In this document: one piece after another, positions 28,894 through 38,660 of the stretch
Layout: each line of letters opens with the position of its first letter
How positions within the stretch are numbered: the stretch's first letter is position 1
Assembly: GCA_046290225.1 (NCBI GenBank)
Contig: JBKAGE010000003.1
Span: 33,244-97,243 of the forward strand
Direction of reading: 5' to 3'
From: Bradymonadia bacterium
GTDB taxonomy: Bacteria; Myxococcota_A; Bradymonadia; UBA7976; UBA1532
Length of the DNA stretch: 64,000 nucleotides
The notes under the pieces: model-generated
Seen by the model: only the letters and a program-made list of their open reading frames with translations
The model's database searches: none
Told to the model about the DNA's origin: nothing
Made by a program: the position numbers and the translations under genes

Positions 28894-30290
28894 CAGGAGA
28901 CCTCCATCATGGTCAGGCAATAAGGCAGGATCGCCCCGCCGGTGTCGTACAGCTCACGGCTCAACTGGCACGTGCTCAACACCCCTTCAGAGATGCCAGG
29001 GACGCGAAAGAGGTGGCCGGTGATGCGATGACGACCGGGGGGGATCATGCCGCCGTTGGCGCCGAGGGTCACCGCAGAGGCGATGATGGCCTGGAACTTC
29101 GACGTCTTGGGATCGATGAGATCGAAGCCCGCCACTTCATAGACCAGCAGGCCCTCGGGCACAGTGGACAGCATCTCATTGAGGCCCAGCGTGCCGGGAT
29201 CCATGACCAGACACCCGAGCCGGGGGCTCACCTCGACGTGCTCCACCCCCTGGCCACCCTGGGAGCGACGATAGCCGTTCCCTGTAGGGGTCACACCGCG
29301 GGCCGCGGCTTCCTGATAGGTCACCAGCGTCTGTGTCAGCCGACCCTTGAGGATCACCGGGATGCGCCGGGTGGGTGTGCCTTCGTCGTCAAAAGCCCGG
29401 CTCGTGGCGAGCCCGTCGAGGGTGCTGTCGTCGGCGAGGGTGATGTTGCGATCGGCCACCATGGCCCCTGGCAACAGGGGCGAAGCGCCACACTCCGTCG
29501 CCGTCGTGGACAGCATGGGCTCCCCCACCCGCCTCAGGAGCAGCTCCATGAGCCTCGGGTGCAGCAGGACCGGCACTTGTCGCCCGGTGATGTGGCGGGG
29601 CAGCTGAACTCGCGCCGAAGGCATGTTCAGCCACGCCCGGGCCCCGAGCATCGCCAGGGGCAGGAACGAGTCGGGCAAATGCACCTGATGGAACAGCTCG
29701 CTGTACATCCCGTTGAAACGCAGTCGGGCGTCGAGATCTCCGTGGAGCGCGAAGACTGTGCCCTTACTGGTGGCCACCACTCGCGTCTGCACCGTGTAGA
29801 CCACCCCCCCAGAGAGGCGCTCCAAACCGGGAGTCCGCGCGGCTTCATGGTGGGCGTTGTCACACAGCGCGAAGGCGAGGTGCTTCATCATCGCCTCGTC
29901 GGCGAGGGCGTCGGCGAGATCTGCGTCGAAGGTGAAAGGCGCGGGTCGACGCATGGTCGGGCGGGTGAAGCCGTTCACCGGGCCCTCAGGCCCCAGCTTC
30001 GCCATGGCCCCGTCGAGGGCCGTCGTCCAGTCACCCATGTCGAAGCTGGAAACGCCCGCCCTGCCCATGCGGCCGCGAGCGAGCACGCGGAGGCCCGCAC
30101 GCTCGGACCGGATCGTGCGCATGGGGATCAAGCGATGGTCATGGAACATGAAGCCGTGTTGCAGGGTGCCGCAGAGCCACAGCTCGACGTCATCGGCCAC
30201 CCCTCTGGACTTCGCCATGAAGGCCCGGGCGCGCTCGGCGAGTTGTTCGAGCTCGGTCAGCAAAACTGCTGAGGAGTAGTCACGGGTCAT
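28893..30290 (-). CDS. TldD/PmbA family protein, PmbA(TldE)-like non-catalytic subunit
   Basis: GLRVLARGRMG, ITLADD, AFDDEGTPT, ILKGRL, PTGNGYR, LVMDPG. No HExxH. Confidence 0.85.
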   Translation of the reverse strand: MTRDYSSAVLLTELEQLAERARAFMAKSRGVADDVELWLCGTLQHGFMFHDHRLIPMRTIRSERAGLRVLARGRMGRAGVSSFDMGDWTTALDGAMAKLGPEGPVNGFTRPTMRRPAPFTFDADLADALADEAMMKHLAFALCDNAHHEAARTPGLERLSGGVVYTVQTRVVATSKGTVFALHGDLDARLRFNGMYSELFHQVHLPDSFLPLAMLGARAWLNMPSARVQLPRHITGRQVPVLLHPRLMELLLRRVGEPMLSTTATECGASPLLPGAMVADRNITLADDSTLDGLATSRAFDDEGTPTRRIPVILKGRLTQTLVTYQEAAARGVTPTGNGYRRSQGGQGVEHVEVSPRLGCLVMDPGTLGLNEMLSTVPEGLLVYEVAGFDLIDPKTSKFQAIIASAVTLGANGGMIPPGRHRITGHLFRVPGISEGVLSTCQLSRELYDTGGAILPYCLTMMEVS

Positions 30291-30380
30291 TCAGCGTCCA
30301 CACAGGTCGATTCGTGGGCCTCCATCGCGAATTCGGGGCACCCTAACACGGCCTCCATCGTCCCGAGAAGACACATGCAA

Positions 30381-30409
30381 TTGACAGCGGAGGGCCCTGA
30401 TGTTACCCC
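30381..30409 (+). promoter_or_regulatory. Putative sigma70 promoter of the nuo block
   Basis: TTGACA, 17-bp spacer ending TGT (extended -10), then TACCCC. RBS GGAGG before nuoA. Confidence 0.4.
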
Positions 30410-30484
30410 TCCCGCGCATCCGGCAGGCCACCCTGCGTATCCCTATGGCACACCGGTATACCCCCCGCCACGGAGGAACACCTG

Positions 30485-30856
30485 ATGTACGATCCGTACA
30501 TCTCGATGATCGTACTGGCCTTGTTGGCCATCGTCATCGGGGCATCGATTCTGGTCCTGACACGGTTTCTTGGCCCATCGAACCCCACAGAGTCGAAGCT
30601 GGACACCTTTGAAACCGGCAATGAACCCGAGGGCGATGCCCGCGAGCGGTTCTCGATCCGGTTTTATCTGGTGGCCATTCTGTTCATCCTCTTCGACATC
30701 GAAGTGGTGTTCCTTTTCCCGTGGGCGGTGCTGTTCCGAGACTACATCTCGATCGGCATGGGCACCTTTGTCTTCGTAGAAATGGTGGTCTTCGTCGGCA
30801 TTCTCGCCGGCGGACTGGCCTACGTGTGGCGTAAAGGAGCGCTGGAATGGGACTAG
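30485..30856 (+). CDS. nuoA: NADH-quinone oxidoreductase subunit A
   Basis: FYLVAILFILFDIEVVFLFPWAV, YVWRKGALEWD. Confidence 0.97.
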   Translation: MYDPYISMIVLALLAIVIGASILVLTRFLGPSNPTESKLDTFETGNEPEGDARERFSIRFYLVAILFILFDIEVVFLFPWAVLFRDYISIGMGTFVFVEMVVFVGILAGGLAYVWRKGALEWD

Positions 30857-31365
30857 AGACTACGCTCACCGCGAACGGCGGATTCGTGGGTTCAAAACTG
30901 GAAGCGGCCATCAACTGGGCCCGTAAATTCTCGCTCTTCCAATACCCCTTCGTGACAGCTTGCTGTGGCATGGAGTTCATGGCCACCGCCTGCAGTCACT
31001 ACGACATCTCCCGGTTCGGCGCGGAGATCCCCCGATTCTCACCGCGTCAGGCCGACCTGCTCTTCGTCGTGGGCACCGTGAGCCACAAGCTCGCCCCGGT
31101 GCTGCGCAAGGTGCACGAGCAGATGTGCGATCCGAAGTGGGTCGTGTCCTTTGGCGCCTGCGCCTCGAGCGGCGGCTTCTACGACAACTACTGCACCGTG
31201 CAGGGCATCGACACCATCGTCCCCGTCGACGTCTACATCCCCGGTTGCCCTCCGCGGCCCGAGGCTGTCCTCGACGCCCTCATCATGCTCCAGGAAAAGA
31301 TCCAGCAGCAGCCCCTGGAGCCTGGCAAGCGCACCCCTGTGGTTCTCGAAGAGCGCCGGATCTGA
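30847..31365 (+). CDS. nuoB: NADH-quinone oxidoreductase subunit B
   Basis: TACCGMEF, SPRQADL, GACASSGG, VDVYIPGCPPRPE. Confidence 0.97.
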   Translation: MGLETTLTANGGFVGSKLEAAINWARKFSLFQYPFVTACCGMEFMATACSHYDISRFGAEIPRFSPRQADLLFVVGTVSHKLAPVLRKVHEQMCDPKWVVSFGACASSGGFYDNYCTVQGIDTIVPVDVYIPGCPPRPEAVLDALIMLQEKIQQQPLEPGKRTPVVLEERRI

Positions 31366-31378
31366 GGTACTAGAATCG

Positions 31379-31900
31379 ATGAGCGAGATCGTCATTCAGA
31401 GCGTGCTCGAGAAGTTCGCCGATCAGGTGATCGAGACCCACAGCAAGCTGGGCGATGACACCATCGTGCTCAAGCGGGACCGCCTGCTCGAGCTGCTCTA
31501 CTTCTTGCGCGACGGCGAAGGCATGGCCTTCGACATGCCCATCGACCTCACCGTGGTCGACTGGTACCGCAAGCAGGAGCCCCGCTTCGAGGTGGTCTAC
31601 CACCTCTACTCCACCACCAAGAAGCACCGCATCCGCCTGAAGGTTCAGGTCGATGAGGACGATCCGGTGGTGGCCAGCTCCAACCCCGTGTGGCCGGGCT
31701 TCGACTGGTACGAGCGCGAGGCCTACGACCTGTACGGCATCGAGTTCGAGGGTCACCCCAAGCACGAGCGGATCTTGATGTGGGAAGGCTTCGAGGGTCA
31801 CCCCCTCCGCAAGGACTACCCCATCAACAAACGCCAGCCCCTCACCACGCTGGTGAGTGAGCGCGCCGATGAGCTCGAAGCTCAAGGTCCGGAGGTCTGA
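31379..31900 (+). CDS. nuoC: NADH-quinone oxidoreductase subunit C
   Basis: RFEVVYHLYS, WYEREAYDLYGIEFEGHP, GHPLRKDYP. ATG 31379. Confidence 0.96.
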   Translation: MSEIVIQSVLEKFADQVIETHSKLGDDTIVLKRDRLLELLYFLRDGEGMAFDMPIDLTVVDWYRKQEPRFEVVYHLYSTTKKHRIRLKVQVDEDDPVVASSNPVWPGFDWYEREAYDLYGIEFEGHPKHERILMWEGFEGHPLRKDYPINKRQPLTTLVSERADELEAQGPEV

Positions 31901-31903
31901 TCG

Positions 31904-33118
31904 ATGAGCGAGTTGATGTTCGAAGCGGTGGACATGCAGGGCGAGGATCTCGGCGAGGTCCCGATGCAGGTGCAGATGGGGCCCAGTCACCCCGCCATGC
32001 ACGGCACCATCAAGATGCGCATCGCCCTCGACGGCGAGATCGTGAAGAAGGCTGACGTCGAGGTGGGCTACCTGCACCGGGGCTTCGAGAAGTCCTGCGA
32101 GGCCTCCACCTGGACCCAGGTCTTCCCCTACACCGATCGCCTCAACTACGTGAGCCCCCTGTGCAACAACGTCGGCTACGCCATGGCCGTCGAGAAGCTC
32201 ATGGGCATTCAGGTCACCGAGCGCTGCGACTACATCCGCATGATCATGTCGGAGACCAGCCGCGTCGGCGATCACCTGACCTGTGTCGGCGCCAGCGCCA
32301 TGGAGCTCGGGGCCTTCACGGCCTTCCTCTACGCCATCGAGGCCCGTGAGGAGATCTGGCGGATCACCGAGCAGGTCACCGGCGCCCGCCTCACCCACAG
32401 CTATGTACGGATCGGCGGTCTCCAGCGCGACCTCCCGGCGAACTTCGCTGCGGACTGGAAGGTGGTGGCCAAGAAGGTCTGGAACGTGGTCGGGGACATG
32501 GAAGCCCTGCTCAACAAGAACCGGATCTTCCTCGACCGCATGCGGGACGTGGGCAACATCTCTGCGGATCGCGCCATCTCGTGGGGCTTCACCGGCCCCA
32601 TGCTCCGGAGCACCGGCATCGACTACGATGTGCGCAAGGATCACCCCTACAACCACTACGATCGCATGGAGTTCACCGTGCCCGTAGGCACCACCGGCGA
32701 CAACTACGACCGGTACCTGGTGCGCATGGAGGAGATCAAGCAGTCGATGTCCATCATCGACCAGTGCTTGCAGCAGATCGAGCCCGGCCCCTTCAACGCC
32801 GAGGCCCCTGGTGTGCTCCTGCCCACCAAGGATGAGGTCTACGGCTCCATCGAGGGCACCATCGAGCACTTCAAGATCATCATGGAAGGCATCAACGTGC
32901 CCGCCGGCGAGGTGTACTCCTACACCGAAGCCGGGAACGGCGAGCTGGGCTTCTATCTGGTGAGCGTCGGCGAAGGCCGGCCCTACAAGTGCCGCGTGCG
33001 ACCCCCTTGCTGGTCCTTCATGCAGGCCGTGCACGAGTTGATCGAAGGCTGGCAGATTGCCGACATCGTGCCCACCTTTGGCTCGGTGAACATGATCGGT
33101 GGAGAGTGCGACCGATGA
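31904..33118 (+). CDS. nuoD: NADH-quinone oxidoreductase subunit D
   Basis: GPSHPAMHG, GYLHRGFEK, YTDRLNY, GFTGPMLRSTG, GELG, ends GECDR. Confidence 0.97.
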   Translation: MSELMFEAVDMQGEDLGEVPMQVQMGPSHPAMHGTIKMRIALDGEIVKKADVEVGYLHRGFEKSCEASTWTQVFPYTDRLNYVSPLCNNVGYAMAVEKLMGIQVTERCDYIRMIMSETSRVGDHLTCVGASAMELGAFTAFLYAIEAREEIWRITEQVTGARLTHSYVRIGGLQRDLPANFAADWKVVAKKVWNVVGDMEALLNKNRIFLDRMRDVGNISADRAISWGFTGPMLRSTGIDYDVRKDHPYNHYDRMEFTVPVGTTGDNYDRYLVRMEEIKQSMSIIDQCLQQIEPGPFNAEAPGVLLPTKDEVYGSIEGTIEHFKIIMEGINVPAGEVYSYTEAGNGELGFYLVSVGEGRPYKCRVRPPCWSFMQAVHELIEGWQIADIVPTFGSVNMIGGECDR

Positions 33119-34767
33119 GCGACACCATTTCGTGCAAGGTCAACGGCGTCGACGTCGAGGTGCCCAAAGGCACCTCGGTCTACGAGACCGCCAAGGCCGC
33201 GGGATTCGTCATCCCCCACTTCTGTTACCACCCGGGGCTCTCCCGGCCGGCGAACTGTCGCATGTGCCTCGTCGATGCGTCGAACAGCCGCAAGCCGATC
33301 CCCTCGTGCTACATCGACGCCGCCCCCGACGCCGAGTACACCACCGACTCCGAGCACGTGCACGAGATGCGTCGCGCCATCTTGGAGTTCATCCTGCTCA
33401 ACCACCCCGTCGACTGCCCGATCTGCGATCAGGCCGGCGAGTGCGAGCTGCAGGACAACTACTTCGATCACTCGCTCCAGACCAGCCGGCTTGTGACCCC
33501 CAAGGTCCACAAGCCCAAGGCCACGCCCCTCTCGGACAAGATCATGTTCGACGGCGAGCGTTGCATCGTCTGCACCCGCTGTGTGCGGTTCTGCGACGAG
33601 GTGGCCAAGACCAGCGAGATCGGGGTGATCAACCGGGGTGAGAAGTCGGAGATCGCCATCTTCCCCGGCCAGGATCTCTCCAACCCCTACCAGATGAACA
33701 TCGTGGACCTCTGCCCTGTGGGGGCCCTCACCTCCCGTGACTTCCGGTTCAAGATCCGGGTCTGGTTCATGGAGAGCGTGGAGAGCGTCTGCGATCACTG
33801 CGCCCGCGGCTGCAGCGTGCACCTCGACCATCACAAGGGCGAGGTCATGCGGTATCGCCCTCGGGAGAACCGCAATGTGAACGATTGGTGGGTCTGCGAC
33901 GAGGGTCGCCTGAGCTACCAGAAGATCCACGAGCGCCGCGTGCTCGCCCCCGTGGTGAGCCAGAACGGCAAGCCCCGCCGGGCCAGCTGGACCGACGCCG
34001 TCGACGCCATCGAGACCGCCATGGCCGGTGTCGCCTCCGATGCCGTGGCCATCGCCGTGAGCGCCACGGTGAGCGTCGAGACCGCCTACGCGCTCCGTCG
34101 CCTACGGGAAGAGGTCCTGCCCCAGGCCCAGGTGTTCCGCACCGGTCGCGCCGACGGCACCGATCAGGACGACATCCTGATCCGCAACGACAAGAACCCC
34201 AACGCCCGGGGCCTCGAGGCCGTCTTTGGGCCGTTGCCCGACGAGGTCGCCCTCGCCGGCGCGGTGTCGAGTCGCAAGATCACGCACGTCATCGCCTTTG
34301 GCGACACTGTGCACGCCACCACCCTCGCCGGCGCCCAGTGCGTCATCGTGGCTGGGGTACACGCCTCTGACGCCGTGAAGGCTGCCAAGGTGGCCCTGCC
34401 TCTGCAGAGCCACGCCGAGCACGACGGGGTCTTTGTGAACTTCGACGGCCACGTGCAGCGGTTCCACGGCGCCATCAGCCCTGTGGGTGAGGCCGAAGCT
34501 GGCTACGCCATCGTGAGCCGCATCGCTGGGGCCCTCGGCGCCACCCTGAAGTGGCGGACCGCTGGCGCGGTCTTCAAGGCGCTGGCCTCGGAGACCATGG
34601 CCTTCTCGGGCATGACCCACTTCAACCTGGGCAGCACCGGTCGTCCCCTGGTGACCGAAGCGCCTCAGAGCGAAGCCGTCTCCGAAGAGGCCTCCGAAGA
34701 CGCCCAAGCCAGTGACGCCGCCGAGCAGCCTGCAGAAGAAGCACCTGTCGAAACGACCGAGGCTTGA
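33115..34767 (+). CDS. nuoG: NADH-quinone oxidoreductase subunit G (short form, 550 aa)
   Basis: N1b PHFCYH...NCRMC...PSC; N5 NHPVDCPICDQAGEC; N4 CIVCTRC...CPVGAL; N7 CDHCARGC...CDEGR. ATGA overlap with nuoD. Confidence 0.92.
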   Translation: MSDTISCKVNGVDVEVPKGTSVYETAKAAGFVIPHFCYHPGLSRPANCRMCLVDASNSRKPIPSCYIDAAPDAEYTTDSEHVHEMRRAILEFILLNHPVDCPICDQAGECELQDNYFDHSLQTSRLVTPKVHKPKATPLSDKIMFDGERCIVCTRCVRFCDEVAKTSEIGVINRGEKSEIAIFPGQDLSNPYQMNIVDLCPVGALTSRDFRFKIRVWFMESVESVCDHCARGCSVHLDHHKGEVMRYRPRENRNVNDWWVCDEGRLSYQKIHERRVLAPVVSQNGKPRRASWTDAVDAIETAMAGVASDAVAIAVSATVSVETAYALRRLREEVLPQAQVFRTGRADGTDQDDILIRNDKNPNARGLEAVFGPLPDEVALAGAVSSRKITHVIAFGDTVHATTLAGAQCVIVAGVHASDAVKAAKVALPLQSHAEHDGVFVNFDGHVQRFHGAISPVGEAEAGYAIVSRIAGALGATLKWRTAGAVFKALASETMAFSGMTHFNLGSTGRPLVTEAPQSEAVSEEASEDAQASDAAEQPAEEAPVETTEA

Positions 34768-34840
34768 CCTTCTGCTCAGTTGAGCCCATAAGAAGCCAAG
34801 TTTTCTCCCCTTTCACCGGACCGAGGGGTCGATCCACACC

Positions 34841-35989
34841 ATGGAACTCCTGATTCTGCTGGGCGCGAGCCTGGCCAAGATCGTCGGCATCGTGCTCGTC
34901 TTCGTGATGGTCACCGCCACCATCATGACCTGGGCTGACCGCAAGCAGGCGGCCCTGATCCAGGACCGTGTGGGCCCCAACCGGGCCAACCTGGGCAACA
35001 TTCGCGCAGCGGGTTTGATCCACATCCTCGCTGACGCCTTGAAGACCCTCCTCAAAGAGGACTTCGCCCCCCGAAACGCCAGCAAGGGGCTCTACCGGAT
35101 CGCCCCCTTCCTGGCCTTCGTGCCGGCGCTGCTGAGCTTCGCCGTCATCCCCATCGGTGACACTTGGTGCCCCGAGGGCGCCGTGCAGGTGGTGAACTAC
35201 CGCGACGTCTGCACCGCCGGCGACGCCTACACCCCCTTCCAGATCAGCGCCATGAGCGCTGGGCTGCTCTACATCTTCGCCATCCTGTCTCTCGGCGTGT
35301 ACGGCAGCTCCATCGGTGGTTGGGCCAGCAACAACAAGTACTCCCTCATCGGCGGCGTCCGGGTCTCGGCCCAGATGATCAGCTACGAGGTCACCCTGGC
35401 CCTCACCCTCATGGGCCTGCTCATGGTGTACCAGAGCATCGACCTCAACGAGATGGTCCGCGAGCAGGGTGAGCTGCTCTTCGGCTTCTTGCCCAAGTGG
35501 GGCATCTTCATTCAGCCCCTGGCTTTCTTCCTGTTCTTTGCTGCAGCCATCGCCGAGACCAAGCGTCCGCCCTTCGACATTCCCGAGTCAGAGTCCGAGC
35601 TCGTGGCAGGTTACTTCGTGGAGTACTCCTCCATGCGGTTCGCCCTGTTCACCCTCTCGGAGTACGTGGGCTCGGTGCTCGTGGCCATGATGGTCACCAC
35701 CCTCTTCCTCGGTGGCTGGCAGGTGCCCTACCTCTACGGCGACGGCATCCGCTTCACCATGGAGGGCGATCCCACCCTGGCCATGCCTTACGCCCTGGTG
35801 AAGCTGATTCAGGTCGGTGCCTTCTGCTTCAAGGTGCTCGTGCTCTGCTGGTTCCAGTTGATGATTCGCTGGACCCTGCCCCGCTTCCGCTACGACCACC
35901 TCATGCGTCTCGGCTGGAAGATCATGCTCCCCCTGAGCATCGCCAACCTGGCCGTCACTGCCATCTTCCTGCTCTGGTGGGACACCTGA
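34841..35989 (+). CDS. nuoH: NADH-quinone oxidoreductase subunit H
   Basis: QDRVGPN, GWASNNKYS, AQMISYE, RPPFDIPESESELVAG, RWTLPRFRYD. Confidence 0.97.
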   Translation: MELLILLGASLAKIVGIVLVFVMVTATIMTWADRKQAALIQDRVGPNRANLGNIRAAGLIHILADALKTLLKEDFAPRNASKGLYRIAPFLAFVPALLSFAVIPIGDTWCPEGAVQVVNYRDVCTAGDAYTPFQISAMSAGLLYIFAILSLGVYGSSIGGWASNNKYSLIGGVRVSAQMISYEVTLALTLMGLLMVYQSIDLNEMVREQGELLFGFLPKWGIFIQPLAFFLFFAAAIAETKRPPFDIPESESELVAGYFVEYSSMRFALFTLSEYVGSVLVAMMVTTLFLGGWQVPYLYGDGIRFTMEGDPTLAMPYALVKLIQVGAFCFKVLVLCWFQLMIRWTLPRFRYDHLMRLGWKIMLPLSIANLAVTAIFLLWWDT

Positions 35990-36055
35990 TAGAGGCCCTC
36001 ATGGCAGAGCTTCTCCGACGCTCTACTGCGCCTCCTCGTACCCGCCCCCTGCGCT

Positions 36056-36262
36056 CTACTTTCCCCACCGCCCTACGAGCCCCTTGAGGCGGAGCTCCCA
36101 GCGCCATCGCTTCACGAGTCGCTCCACCCTCTGCTTGCACGTCCCACAGCCCCCTGTGGCCTTCGTCCGCGCGATCACATCGGCCACTGAGCCGTCTCCG
36201 GCGATGAAAGCATCGAGCAGATGGGCTTCTGTCACCGTCATGCACACACACACGTAGCTCAT
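36056..36262 (-). CDS. BFD-like [2Fe-2S] ferredoxin (68 aa)
   Basis: MSYVCVC...TKATGGCGTC = C-x-C...C-x2-C BFD signature. GAGGAG RBS upstream of ATG 36262. Confidence 0.85.
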   Translation of the reverse strand: MSYVCVCMTVTEAHLLDAFIAGDGSVADVIARTKATGGCGTCKQRVERLVKRWRWELRLKGLVGRWGK

Positions 36263-36325
36263 GGATGGATACGCTCCTCGAAGACCACCATGAGAAATGC
36301 GGCCTTCGTCACGAAAGGTTGCCCG

Positions 36326-36360
36326 TGTCACCTTGACAGCGGGGACATGGTGTTTAGCCT
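36326..36360 (+). promoter_or_regulatory. Putative dnaJ promoter with overlapping inverted repeat
   Basis: TTGACA (36333-36338), 16 bp, TAGCCT. The -35 is one arm of TGTCA-cct-TGACA. Confidence 0.35.
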
Positions 36361-36398
36361 GCGCCCCTGGCCACAATCATCAGGCGCACAGCACGCTC

Positions 36399-37445
36399 AT
36401 GCCCAAGGATTACTACGACCTCCTCGGCGTTTCACGACAGGCCTCCGCTTCTGAGCTCAAGAAGGCTTATCGAAAGCTGGCGATGAAGTACCACCCGGAT
36501 CGCAACCCAGGCGACACCGTGGCGGAGGAGCACTTCAAAGAGATCAGCGAGGCTTACGAAGTCCTCTCCGACGATCAGAAGCGGCAAATCTACGACCGTT
36601 TCGGTCACGAGGGGCTGAAGAGCCAGGGCATGGGCGGAGGTTTCGCTGATGTAGGCGACATCTTCGGTCAGTTCGGCGATCTCTTCGGCGACTTGTTCGG
36701 AGGTGGCGGAGGACGCCGCCGTCGGGAGAGGGGCGCCGATCTGCGCTACTCCCTCGTGCTCGGCCTCGAAGAGTGCCTCACCGGGGTAGAGCGAGAGCTG
36801 GAGATCCCCCGCGATCACATCTGCGACACGTGCCATGGCACAGGCGCCCACCCCGATCACCCTCCTGTCACCTGTGACATGTGTGGCGGCAACGGTCAGG
36901 TCTTCGTCAGCCGGGGCTTCATCCGGATGAGCACCACCTGCCCCAAGTGTCAGGGTCAGGGCCGCATCATCACCAAGCCGTGCCCCACCTGCCATGGTGA
37001 GGGCACCCGCCAGGAGGTGAGCAAGGTCAAGGTCACCATCCCCCCCGGGGTGGACCATGGCATGCGCCTTCGCTTGACCGGCCAGGGTCAGCCTGGGCCC
37101 AACGGACTGCCACCTGGGGATCTATACGTCGTGATCCAGGTGAGAGAGCACCCGCGATTCGAGCGCAGAGACGCCGAGCTCATCAGTGTGCTCAAGGTGG
37201 ATATGGTCACCGCCACCCTCGGTGGCACCTTGCCCTTCGAGGGCCTGGACGAGTCACTGGAGATCGAGGTGCCGGCAGGCACCCAGCCGGGTACGCTGCT
37301 CCGCGTTGCGGGTCAGGGTATGCCTACGGTGGAGCGCAAGCACACCCGTGGCGATCTTCACCTGCAAGTTCAGGTGGCCATTCCCACCCAGTTGACCAAA
37401 AAGCAGCGGGAACTCCTCAAGGAATTTCGGACATCAGGCGATTAG
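36399..37445 (+). CDS. dnaJ: Molecular chaperone DnaJ (class A)
   Basis: J-domain with KYHPDRN, G/F region, four CxxCxGxG repeats and the C-terminal domain. Confidence 0.97.
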   Translation: MPKDYYDLLGVSRQASASELKKAYRKLAMKYHPDRNPGDTVAEEHFKEISEAYEVLSDDQKRQIYDRFGHEGLKSQGMGGGFADVGDIFGQFGDLFGDLFGGGGGRRRRERGADLRYSLVLGLEECLTGVERELEIPRDHICDTCHGTGAHPDHPPVTCDMCGGNGQVFVSRGFIRMSTTCPKCQGQGRIITKPCPTCHGEGTRQEVSKVKVTIPPGVDHGMRLRLTGQGQPGPNGLPPGDLYVVIQVREHPRFERRDAELISVLKVDMVTATLGGTLPFEGLDESLEIEVPAGTQPGTLLRVAGQGMPTVERKHTRGDLHLQVQVAIPTQLTKKQRELLKEFRTSGD

Positions 37446-37478
37446 AGCTATCATCGGGCGCACCTCGGCGATGGTTCT

Positions 37479-38660
37479 ATGAAGCTCATCATACAAATTC
37501 CATGTCTCAACGAAGAGCAGACGCTGCCGGAGACGGTGGCGGACTTGCCTCGGTACATCGAAGGCATCGACGAGATCGAGTACCTCGTGATCGACGATGG
37601 CAGCACTGATCGTACAGTACAGGTGGCTCGACAATGTGGGGTCCACCACATCGTACGGCTGCCGAACAACCGAGGTTTGGCTCGGGCGTTCGAGTCAGGC
37701 CTCGACGCCTGCTTGAAGCTCGGCGCCGACATCATCGTGAACACCGACGCTGACAATCAATACAAGGGGCAGGACATCCCCCTGCTCCTCAAGCCCATCC
37801 TGTACGAGAACGCCGACATGGTCATCGGCGACCGGCGAACCGACACCATCCAGCACTTCTCCTTCGTCAAGAAGCGGCTGCAGAAGCTCGGCAGCCGGGT
37901 GGTGCGATTCCTCTCCGAAACTGAGGTCGCCGACGCCACCAGCGGGTTCAGGGCGTACAAACGAGAAGCCGCCATGTCGATGAACGTGGTGAGCCCCTTT
38001 ACGTACACCCTCGAAACCTTGATCCAGGCGGGCAAGAAGCAGATGGCCGTGGCCAGCGTGCCCATTGGCACCAACGCCCCGACTCGCCCTTCGAGACTGT
38101 TCCGGGGCATTCCCCAGTACATCAGGCGATCTGGGGCCACCATGGTCCGCATGTACCTGATGTACCAGCCGCTCCGGGTGTTCATCTATTTGTCCATGCT
38201 GCTCATCGCCATGGGGCTGTTCCTCATCGGCCGGTGGATCTACTACCACTTCAGTTTGGGTATGGACGCCCCGCTCGGCCATCACATCCAGAGCCTCACT
38301 GTGGGCGTGGGCATGCTGGTCGTGGGCTTCATCACCGGCGTACTGGGGTTGCTCGCAGATCTGGTGAACTTCAACCGTCGCCTGATCGAGAATACTCAGG
38401 TCACCGTGCGCAACATCGAGTTGAACCTCATCGAAAAGGGCCTCGTGCGATGGGGTGCTGGCTACCTCGCCCACAGCACACACCCTGACTACAAGACCAA
38501 GGACAAGAGCGGGTATCAGCCCCAGCGTGTCAGGCGACCCACGACGGTGGACATCCCCGCCCTCAGGGATCACTCCCATCCAGGCGGCAGCACCGACGAT
38601 CTTGGGCTGCTCAATCCCTACGACGACCCCTCGGATCCCAACTTCGGGCGTAAGCCGTGA
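37479..38660 (+). CDS. Glycosyltransferase family 2 (DPM1-like) with C-terminal TM helices
   Basis: IQIPCLNEE, IDDGSTD, NTDADNQY, DATSGFRAY and two TM segments. Confidence 0.93.
   Translation: MKLIIQIPCLNEEQTLPETVADLPRYIEGIDEIEYLVIDDGSTDRTVQVARQCGVHHIVRLPNNRGLARAFESGLDACLKLGADIIVNTDADNQYKGQDIPLLLKPILYENADMVIGDRRTDTIQHFSFVKKRLQKLGSRVVRFLSETEVADATSGFRAYKREAAMSMNVVSPFTYTLETLIQAGKKQMAVASVPIGTNAPTRPSRLFRGIPQYIRRSGATMVRMYLMYQPLRVFIYLSMLLIAMGLFLIGRWIYYHFSLGMDAPLGHHIQSLTVGVGMLVVGFITGVLGLLADLVNFNRRLIENTQVTVRNIELNLIEKGLVRWGAGYLAHSTHPDYKTKDKSGYQPQRVRRPTTVDIPALRDHSHPGGSTDDLGLLNPYDDPSDPNFGRKP

Noticed and set aside
30847..33118. Group 4 [NiFe]-hydrogenase
   Set aside because: NuoD lacks the N- and C-terminal CxxC nickel ligands, and nuoA is present.
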